From Pseudomonadota bacterium (GTDB lineage: Bacteria; Pseudomonadota; Gammaproteobacteria; Burkholderiales; JBEEJL01): a DNA stretch of 64,000 bases. Positions within the stretch are counted from its first letter, which is position 1, and each line of letters begins with the position of its first letter. The position numbers and the translations under genes are program-made. Shown here piece by piece: positions 19,535 through 25,943 of the stretch. The stretch lies in assembly GCA_043744215.1 (NCBI GenBank), contig JAYTVC010000012.1, positions 19,246 to 83,245 of the forward strand, written 5' to 3'. Below the pieces are notes generated by a model. The model was given only the letters and a program-made list of their open reading frames with translations. It did no database searches and was not told the DNA's origin.

Positions 19535-19562
19535 TGTCACAGCTGATGAACCTTCGGTTCAA
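19535..19562 (-). promoter_or_regulatory. candidate ECF-type promoter (P-lipoprotein)
   Basis: Minus strand reads TTGAACCGAAGG-ttcatcagct-GTGACA. This is the same architecture as 22475-22502 (GAACC, 15-nt spacer, GTGAC). It lies about 37 nt upstream of the ATG. Confidence 0.55.
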
Positions 19563-19669
19563 ACATTTTGTGACAAATATCACTTCAAGCATCACTTATG
19601 GCAGCACTGGTTACGTCCGATTTTGCGTGCCGCCGATAATGCCGCTTGCTGGATAAACATCGAACCATT

Positions 19670-19693
19670 TGTAACATATTGATTATATTGAAT
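19670..19693 (+). repeat. 24-bp AT-rich dispersed motif copy (consensus)
   Basis: TGTAACATATTGATTATATTGAAT, identical to the copy at 40136. Immediately followed by the 19694 terminator. Confidence 0.9.
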
Positions 19694-19721
19694 AAAAAAG
19701 GCGCTCAAATGAGCGCCTTTT
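19694..19721. terminator. bidirectional intrinsic terminator after the OmpA-like gene
   Basis: A6 - GGCGCTC aaat GAGCGCC - T4. Confidence 0.75.
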
Positions 19722-19758
19722 GATTCTTTCGCACGGCAGGGAAACTATTTATCCCTTT

Positions 19759-19806
19759 TGTGCACGGACGTATTGTGCACGGACGTACAGTTTGTTCACG
19801 GCTGCA
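19759..19806. repeat. tandem 15-bp repeat, about 3 copies
   Basis: TGTGCACGGACGTAT, TGTGCACGGACGTAC, then a degenerate TGTTCACGGCTGCA. Lies between the OmpA-like stop and its terminator. Confidence 0.7.
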
Positions 19807-19819
19807 CAGTTGAGAAGCA

Positions 19820-20338
19820 TCACGCTCCTGCTCTGAACTGCACGCGGCGATTTTCGCCAGAGAAAGGATTCCGCGAATTGTAAAGTTCGTTAAACCCTTT
19901 GCCTTCGGTTTTGAATAAGGTTTCGTCTATGCCGTGTTTTTGCACCAGATAAACTTTCACCGCATCGGCGCGACGCTGTGACAGCGTGCGGTTATACATT
20001 TCTTTGCCATGCCGATCGGTATGGCCTTCGATCACGATGCTCGATGCGCCATCGAGTAGCTTGATGCCTTCGGCCACCACGTCCAACTGCCCCATGGCTT
20101 CGGGCAAAATGGTGGCGGAATCAAATGAAAACTGCACCGGAAGCGCCAACGCCGACGGACCTTGCTCAGCAATCAACTGGGTTTCAGTCATGCCGCGCAT
20201 TTTCATTTTCGGGCGCAATATTTGCGCGACTTCTTCTGCATTCAGCTTGTCCGTCGATCGGTACAGTTTGACATCCTGCGCGATGGCGCCGAGCGCAACA
20301 CACAGCATTGCAGAAGTAATAGCTATTTTTTTCAACAT
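19820..20338 (-). CDS. OmpA C-terminal-domain (peptidoglycan-binding) exported protein
   Basis: Signal peptide, then FDSATILPEA...IEGHTDRHG...NRTLSQRRADAV, the OmpA/MotB-like motif set. Confidence 0.85.
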   Translation of the reverse strand: MLKKIAITSAMLCVALGAIAQDVKLYRSTDKLNAEEVAQILRPKMKMRGMTETQLIAEQGPSALALPVQFSFDSATILPEAMGQLDVVAEGIKLLDGASSIVIEGHTDRHGKEMYNRTLSQRRADAVKVYLVQKHGIDETLFKTEGKGFNELYNSRNPFSGENRRVQFRAGA

Positions 20339-20367
20339 GATTCTCTCCTAAAACATTTAACCGCTAT

Positions 20368-21207
20368 TTACGAACCGGCACACTGCCCGTTAGGGCCGGG
20401 CTTGAAACAAAAATCGACGGTCAGATTGCCCTGCTCCCAGGGAATTTGTTTTTGCTGCGATTCCTGCAGCACATCGATCCGCACACGCTTGAACATTTGC
20501 TCCAACGCGACACCGGGTGCGGCGAGGTGGCGCAATAAATGTTTGGTGTAAAGGCTGTTGTCGCCGCCGGCCTTGTCGTCGGCCACGTTGCCCGGCGAGG
20601 TGGAAAATGCCAGCAATGTACCGGGCGGTGCTTGCACAGTAGCAAAACCCGGCGCAGCACCTCGCACTTTGATTTTGCGGCCGTCGGCGGTGAGGGCCAC
20701 ATTGCTCAACGGGTTGTTGCGGCATGCGTCGAGGATAACCACATTGATGCCTTTGCTGTTGCGCCCCAGACGATCAAGCACTTCGCTCACGTTGAGGCTG
20801 TGTTGCACTAGCTCGTCTTCGCCTTCCATTTGCAAATCGACGGGAATCAAATAATTTTTGCCACGGATTTGCGCGCCGTGTCCGGCGTAAAAAATCACGC
20901 GGGCTTCGGCATCTTGCGTATGGGCGATAAATTCGCGCACGGTTTCATTCAGGTTTTGCCAGCCGGTGTCTTTCGCCAGCCTGGTGGTAAAGCCGATTTT
21001 TTTCAGCTCCGCTTCGACGGCCACGGCATCATTCAGGGGATTTTTCAGCGGTATGCTTTTGTAACCGGCATTGCCGATCACCAAAGCAACGCGCTTCATG
21101 CCCGACCAGGTTTCGCTACGCGTTTTGTCATTGCCCTGGGCGGCAGCGTGCATTGCCGCGAGCCCGAAAAACAAAATGAATAAAGGGTGCAGAGTGCTCA
21201 TTCGCAT
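20368..21207 (-). CDS. exported caspase-fold (peptidase C14) protein
   Basis: ATG at 21207 gives the signal peptide MRMSTLHPLFILFFGLAAMHAAAQG. Dyad contexts VIFYAGHG and VVILDACRNNP. The track ORF extends 53 codons upstream into the anti-sigma gene. Confidence 0.8.
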   Translation of the reverse strand: MRMSTLHPLFILFFGLAAMHAAAQGNDKTRSETWSGMKRVALVIGNAGYKSIPLKNPLNDAVAVEAELKKIGFTTRLAKDTGWQNLNETVREFIAHTQDAEARVIFYAGHGAQIRGKNYLIPVDLQMEGEDELVQHSLNVSEVLDRLGRNSKGINVVILDACRNNPLSNVALTADGRKIKVRGAAPGFATVQAPPGTLLAFSTSPGNVADDKAGGDNSLYTKHLLRHLAAPGVALEQMFKRVRIDVLQESQQKQIPWEQGNLTVDFCFKPGPNGQCAGS

Positions 21208-21217
21208 GGCCTTGCCT

Positions 21218-21898
21218 TTACCGATCCACCAACTCTTCGGGCAGCGTCGGCACGACGGCGACGGCTTCCACGAATGGGCTGGCGCGAAATTGCGTTTCCG
21301 TTTTCTGCATGCGTGCGTCCGCCACCTTGATGAAGTAATCACCCAGCTGTGTCGGCCCGGCGACAATTAGCGCACGGTTGTCGATAAGCATTAAGCGAAT
21401 CTGGTTTTCTGTGGCATCCGCTTTGAAATTCACGCGCAGCAATGGGCCGTCGGCGAGACCAGTTTTTGCGCCGCGTACTTGCGCGAAATCCGGTGCATCA
21501 ACCACGCTTTTGCCGATCACCACGGCTTGCAAGGCAATCACCGCCAGCGCGAGACCTAGCGCCGGTGAAAATCTGGCGAAGCCGGTGTTGCCGCTGCCAA
21601 ACAACCATTGGGTAAAGCGCTCGAATGCCGATAGGTGTTTTGCCGCCGGCACGCGTGCCGCTTTTTCGGCATGGATGCGCACCAGCGCTTTTTGCAAACC
21701 GATATCTGCGGCGATGACGGGAATATTTTCTTTCGTCTGGGTTTCAAGCGTGCGCCAGGCCGCCAATTCCACGGCGGCCTCGGCTTGATGATTTTTTAAA
21801 TAGGCATCGACCCACACGCGGTCGGCACCGGCCAATGTGCCGTTCACATACCACGGCAACAATTCAGCAAAGCGTAAATGCTCTTTATTCACGTACAC
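21218..21898 (-). CDS. single-pass anti-sigma factor
   Basis: Overlaps the sigma gene stop. N-terminal anti-sigma-like helix region (LLPWYVNGTL), one TM helix (LGLALAVIALQAVVIG) and an ~85-aa periplasmic tail. Confidence 0.65.
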   Translation of the reverse strand: MYVNKEHLRFAELLPWYVNGTLAGADRVWVDAYLKNHQAEAAVELAAWRTLETQTKENIPVIAADIGLQKALVRIHAEKAARVPAAKHLSAFERFTQWLFGSGNTGFARFSPALGLALAVIALQAVVIGKSVVDAPDFAQVRGAKTGLADGPLLRVNFKADATENQIRLMLIDNRALIVAGPTQLGDYFIKVADARMQKTETQFRASPFVEAVAVVPTLPEELVDR

Positions 21899-22457
21899 CC
21901 TCTCGTTCTAAATAAATTCTCAGGCAATTTTTCACTTTTTGCCGCGCATGAAATAATCTGGTCTTGATCGTATTTTCCGGTACACGCTGCACTTTTGCGA
22001 CTTCACTCAACGAATAGCCTTCATAAAAAACCAAATGAAGACAATCTCGATGTTCGTCGGACAATTTACTCATGCAATCTTGCACACCTGCGTGGCGTTG
22101 TTTGTCTGCCAACAGCGCAAACCCGTCCGGATCGGATGACACAAGGGTTTGCTCATAATCCTGCACATCATCATGGTCGGGTTCCGCCGACCGGTAACTA
22201 TTTAATATTTTGTAACGCGCAATCCCCAACACCCAGGTACTGAATTTGGATTCGCCGCGAAAACGATCGGGGAATTTCCAAATCTCGTGCAGCGTATCGA
22301 CGACTATTTCTTCCGCTTGCGCCGGGTCATGTAATCGATTCAAGGCGAAGGCATACACTTTGCGACTCATTTCTTTATAGAGTTCGGTGAACGCAGCCTC
22401 GTCGCCGACTGAAATTTTTTTCAATAAAATTAAATAGTTGTTGTTATCAAATTCCAT
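21885..22457 (-). CDS. ECF (group 4) RNA polymerase sigma factor
   Basis: ATG at 22457 with an AGGA RBS. Region 2 (FTELYKEMSRKVYAFALNRL...STWVLGIARYK) and region 4 (YEGYSLSEVAKVQRVPENTIKTRLFHARQKV). Confidence 0.85.
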   Translation of the reverse strand: MEFDNNNYLILLKKISVGDEAAFTELYKEMSRKVYAFALNRLHDPAQAEEIVVDTLHEIWKFPDRFRGESKFSTWVLGIARYKILNSYRSAEPDHDDVQDYEQTLVSSDPDGFALLADKQRHAGVQDCMSKLSDEHRDCLHLVFYEGYSLSEVAKVQRVPENTIKTRLFHARQKVKNCLRIYLEREGVRE

Positions 22458-22474
22458 CTGCTTGTCCTGAAATG

Positions 22475-22502
22475 AGTCACCGCTTTGACGCTTTCGGTTC
22501 AA
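22475..22502 (-). promoter_or_regulatory. candidate autoregulated ECF-type promoter (P-sigma)
   Basis: Minus strand reads TTGAACCGAAAG-cgtcaaagcg-GTGACT, ending 17 nt upstream of the sigma ATG. Matches the 19535-19562 site. Confidence 0.55.
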
Positions 22503-22640
22503 TCTATCTGACATTATCGGCGTGGCCTGCCGCCGCTTCTCAGCGCTATCTACGTACCATTTTAGGCGGGTCTGCCTGCAAAAAAAATGCTCCAAAACCA
22601 TTAGTAGGGAGATTTCAATAGCGTAATATTCGTTACTTTA

Positions 22641-22664
22641 TCTATCTAATTGATTATATTGAAT
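22641..22664 (+). repeat. 24-bp AT-rich dispersed motif copy
   Basis: TCTATCTAATTGATTATATTGAAT (the 16-nt core is perfect). About 140 nt upstream of P-sigma. Confidence 0.75.
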
Positions 22665-22898
22665 TTTATTTTTTGCTATTTGTGCGGCATACTCCAAAAA
22701 TACAGTATTTACCCTATGCTGATTTACGGGGTTCACAGTACAGCTATTCTTGCCTAAGCGACTAGACTGACCTTGAAGCTTTAAAGAGTCAGCAGCTTGC
22801 CACCCACTAGTCTTTCCACAAGCCATTAACGGCTTAGGCGACGGCTCACCTTTCCAGTGTGCCCGAACTTTTATTTGCGCAGCAGCCAGGAGTCAGAA

Positions 22899-23549
22899 AT
22901 GAAACAACGCATCGTCATCGCCGAAGACCACACCATATTGCGCGAAGGTTTGCGCGCGCTGGTATCGGCAGATCCGGACATTGAAGTAGTGGCAGAAGCA
23001 TCAAACGGCCGCGACGCCATCCGCCTGGCGGCCACGCTTACACCCGATCTGATGATGATGGATATTTCCATGCCTGGCACCAACGGCATCGAGGCGATGG
23101 TTGAAATCAAAAAACGCAATCCTGAAGTGCGCATTCTTGCCTTAACGGTGCACAAGACGGAAGAATATATCCGCGAGACCCTCGCCGCCGGTGCCGACGG
23201 TTATGTGCTCAAAGACGCGACTTATGCCGAATTGATGATGGCGGTGAAAAGCGTGCTGGCAGGGAAAAAATACCTGAGCCCGGCCATTTCGGAAAAAATC
23301 GTCAACGGTTTTCTCGACCCGACAAAGGGCGGCAAGGGCAGCACATCATGGGATTCGTTAACGCACCGCGAACGCGAAGTGTTAAAGCTGATTGCCGAAG
23401 GCCAAACCAATAAGCTCATAGCGGGATATTTATGCCTGTCGGTCAAAACGGTGGAAAAACACCGTTCAAATTTAATGCGCAAACTTGATTTGCATAATGT
23501 CTCGGCACTCACTTCCTTTGCCATCGAAAAAGGCTTGGTGCAGCATTGA
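22899..23549 (+). CDS. NarL/FixJ-family response regulator (REC + LuxR HTH)
   Basis: ATG at 22899 with an AGGAG RBS. MKQRIVIAEDH...DLMMMDISMPG receiver and a C-terminal LTHREREVLKLIAEGQTNKLIA HTH. Confidence 0.9.
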   Translation: MKQRIVIAEDHTILREGLRALVSADPDIEVVAEASNGRDAIRLAATLTPDLMMMDISMPGTNGIEAMVEIKKRNPEVRILALTVHKTEEYIRETLAAGADGYVLKDATYAELMMAVKSVLAGKKYLSPAISEKIVNGFLDPTKGGKGSTSWDSLTHREREVLKLIAEGQTNKLIAGYLCLSVKTVEKHRSNLMRKLDLHNVSALTSFAIEKGLVQH

Positions 23550-23570
23550 TCAGCGTTGTTATAAACTAAA

Positions 23571-23598
23571 AAAAACGGGCGCTGTGCGCCCGTTTTTT
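23571..23598. terminator. bidirectional intrinsic terminator between convergent genes
   Basis: A-run - CGGGCGC tgt GCGCCCG - T6. Confidence 0.8.
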
Positions 23599-23633
23599 AT
23601 TGATGCTGTTTTTTATTGATACCGTTTTTTGCA

Positions 23634-24983
23634 TTACACCGGCCGCTTGGCCAGGCTTTTACGTGCACTCGGATCAGGCCCGCAATAGGCCCAGGCCGCG
23701 CGGATGCGCGTACCGCCACCTTTGATTGATTGAATCACAAACGATCCGCCCGACATCTCGGCACGTTCTCTCATGATCGCCAAACCAAAACCGCTATGTG
23801 AACCCGGTTTGGTGCGTACTTCTTCCGGCTTGAAACCCTTGCCATTGTCATGAATGGTAAGTTCCATCACGTCATTCTGTTTGGTCAGCGCCACCAGCAC
23901 GCTGCTTGCGCTGGCATGCTTGGCGATATTATTCATCGCCTCTTGCATGACGCGGAAGATGACCGTCTTCAGTTCATTCGGCACATCTTCTTCATCGACG
24001 GTAATATTTTTTTCTACGCCAAGGTGCTGATAGGTGCTGCTGTATTCGCGCATAAACCAGGCGATGGTCGGCAGGATGCCCAAATCGTCGAGCGTAGTGG
24101 GGCGCAAATTCATGGAGATGTTGCGCACTTCTTCAATCGCCCCTTGAATATGCTTGACTACCATGTTGAGCGGCTGCACTTCGCGAACGCCTTTTTCACC
24201 CAGCATGCGCACGGCATTTTCTACATTGAATTTCACCGCACTCAAAGTCTGGCCGATGCCGTCATGCAATTCCGAGGCGATGCGTTTGCGTTCTTTTTCT
24301 TCCGTCGCCAACAATTCGGCCGAGAGTACGCGCAGCTTTTTTTCCGATTCGCGCAACACGTTTTCGGCACGCTTGCGCTCTTCCATTTCCCATTTGAGCA
24401 TGGTGTTGGTGCGCACCAGTTCCGATGTACGCAGTTCGACGCGTTGCTCCAGTTCTTCGTTGAATTTTTTCAATACTTCTTCGGTGTGTTTGATATCCGT
24501 GATGTCATGCACCACCGCAATAGTCAGCGCACCGACTGCCGTCTTTCGTACATCGGCCGGGAGGTTGTTACGCAACTGGATTTGCAAATGCCGCTTGAGT
24601 ACGCTGTCTTCCGACTCACATTCGGTAAATTGCTTGAAGGTCAATTCGCGGGATGCGCGGTCAAGAAAGCCCTGGAGATAACAGTCGGCACCATTGCAGG
24701 ATGGATGCAAAAGCTCATGCAGACTGCGGCCCTTGATATCGGCCACGCGGCCCACACCCCAGCGCTCAACCGTGCGGTTGGCACGCATTACGCGGCCTTT
24801 TTCATCCAGCAGGAATACGAGTTGAGGCAATGCATCGGCGGTGGATTCCCATTCTTTCTTTGCTTGCGCGATACGCTGTTCAAGCTCGGTGCGGGATGAG
24901 CTGACGTCGTCGCCTGAGCGGCGGTTTTTCGGCGGCACGGTAGCGCCGACCTGCTTGAGCGAAACTTCGTTGGTTTTTACCAT
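23634..24983 (-). CDS. cytoplasmic PAS sensor histidine kinase (HisKA_3/NarX type)
   Basis: No TM segment, a PAS-like N-terminus, a coiled coil, the H-box SELHDGIGQTL and a HATPase_c domain (NNIAKH...DNGKGF...GFGL). Confidence 0.85.
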   Translation of the reverse strand: MVKTNEVSLKQVGATVPPKNRRSGDDVSSSRTELEQRIAQAKKEWESTADALPQLVFLLDEKGRVMRANRTVERWGVGRVADIKGRSLHELLHPSCNGADCYLQGFLDRASRELTFKQFTECESEDSVLKRHLQIQLRNNLPADVRKTAVGALTIAVVHDITDIKHTEEVLKKFNEELEQRVELRTSELVRTNTMLKWEMEERKRAENVLRESEKKLRVLSAELLATEEKERKRIASELHDGIGQTLSAVKFNVENAVRMLGEKGVREVQPLNMVVKHIQGAIEEVRNISMNLRPTTLDDLGILPTIAWFMREYSSTYQHLGVEKNITVDEEDVPNELKTVIFRVMQEAMNNIAKHASASSVLVALTKQNDVMELTIHDNGKGFKPEEVRTKPGSHSGFGLAIMRERAEMSGGSFVIQSIKGGGTRIRAAWAYCGPDPSARKSLAKRPV

Positions 24984-25166
24984 GTTTGCAAACCTCTTTA
25001 ATAGCGCGGCGCACGAACTGTCATGTCAATAGCCATTTACCGCAGGACGCACTTTAGTATAAAGCACCTCGTCAAAATCGTTTTGCGGTGTCGGGCTGGC
25101 GCCCACCGATGGCGGCATCGAATAAAACAGGTTACTCCCACGATGCATGCAATGCTGTGACGAAAA

Positions 25167-25203
25167 TCACTTGATTTCACGTTGTCGATTTCACTTGTCG
25201 ATT
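25167..25203. repeat. three head-to-tail copies of TCAC(G)TTG(TCG)ATT in the kinase upstream region
   Basis: TCACTTGATT, TCACGTTGTCGATT, TCACTTGTCGATT. About 185-220 nt upstream of the kinase ATG. Confidence 0.6.
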
Positions 25204-25244
25204 TTCGTGATCGAGGCAAATTTAACGCCCTAAACCACGGGCGT

Positions 25245-25266
25245 AAAAAAGCCCTCGAATGAGGGC
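25245..25266 (-). terminator. intrinsic terminator after the CheY-like gene
   Basis: GCCCTC gaat GAGGGC, followed on the minus strand by T6. A second hairpin lies at 25225-25244. Confidence 0.7.
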
Positions 25267-25273
25267 GTAAAAT

Positions 25274-25297
25274 ATTCAATATAATCAATTAGTTATG
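25274..25297 (-). repeat. 24-bp AT-rich dispersed motif copy
   Basis: Minus strand reads CATAACTAATTGATTATATTGAAT. Directly followed by the 25245 hairpin. Confidence 0.85.
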
Positions 25298-25303
25298 CGT
25301 TGT

Positions 25304-25705
25304 CTAATTCGGCATGCTGAGAACGGTGCCGTAATCGGCATGGCTGCGTACCGATTCCACCACCGATAAAATTTGCGCCTCGGTCGTCGCGCCCTTGGCC
25401 ACAAAATAGCTGGCGCCAGAGGAAAATGCGGCATGGCGATATTCGGGCAGATCTGAGCCAGTCATCACGACAATGGTGGTTGCTGCGTGTTGGCGCTTGA
25501 TGATTTTGGTCAAGTCCAACCCATTGGCATTGGGCAGTTTTACATCCATAAATACCAGGTCGGGAAGCAGCATATCCATCTGCTTCAAGGCTTCGTCGCC
25601 ACTATCCACCTCCACCAACATCATGTCGGGAAAACGTTCGTGCAGCATATGGCTCAGTGATTGGCGGAACGCAGGATTGTCTTCAACGATGAGTGTTTTG
25701 AACAT
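25304..25705 (-). CDS. single-domain CheY-like response regulator
   Basis: ATG at 25705: MFKTLIVEDNP...DLVFMDVKLP...VMTG. The upstream 37 codons of the track ORF are not receiver-like. Confidence 0.8.
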   Translation of the reverse strand: MFKTLIVEDNPAFRQSLSHMLHERFPDMMLVEVDSGDEALKQMDMLLPDLVFMDVKLPNANGLDLTKIIKRQHAATTIVVMTGSDLPEYRHAAFSSGASYFVAKGATTEAQILSVVESVRSHADYGTVLSMPN

Positions 25706-25943
25706 ACAATTCTCGGCTAGGGGGTCTGGCGTGACTTCGGCTGCGGCTGCGTAATGTCGCGGGCAAACCGATTTTTTCTTGATTGAAGTGTAAGGGGCGG
25801 TGGCTCCCATGAGCATGGGGTATAGGCTTTATATCAGGTGGGGCGCTACCCTAAAATCTCGTGCGGGGCGGGGCTCGGAAACGGCTTGTGCAGATGAGAA
25901 TATCCCCCGGCGAGCGGGCAAGGCCGGCTAAAGCTTCGGACGG

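Noticed and set aside
15055-21207. A gasdermin-like or toxin partner next to the caspase-fold genes.
   Set aside because: No neighbouring ORF has the size or composition of a gasdermin, and all neighbours are exported envelope proteins. The cytoplasmic protease/pore model does not fit.
20368-21366. Long N-terminal extensions proposed by the ORF track for several genes (also 21885-22601, 25304-25816, 30835-32157, 38947-40314, 56808-57800 and 60748-63606).
   Set aside because: The extensions overlap upstream genes or intergenic motifs and are not family-like. Internal ATGs give proper signal peptides or conserved N-termini with RBSs, so I used the shorter coordinates.
22638-22826. A 62-aa ORF in the sigma / response-regulator intergenic region, and the 83-aa ORF at 25037-25288.
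   Set aside because: Both lack RBSs and have atypical composition. They overlap hairpins or motif copies, so the regions are better explained as regulatory DNA.
8064-22900. A direct repeat of the tRNA-Arg 3' end that would delimit an integrated island.
   Set aside because: I could not find a second copy of the TTCGACTCCTGTCGGGCGCGCCA segment by eye, and there is no integrase. The island status remains unproven.
23850-24899. A 349-aa plus-strand ORF, with similar long antisense ORFs at 1977-2603, 58693-59379 and 60667-61251.
   Set aside because: Each lies antisense to a well-supported gene (the histidine kinase, tpx, the LysM protein, and the topA start). The products are Arg/His/Phe-rich, as is typical of shadow frames.
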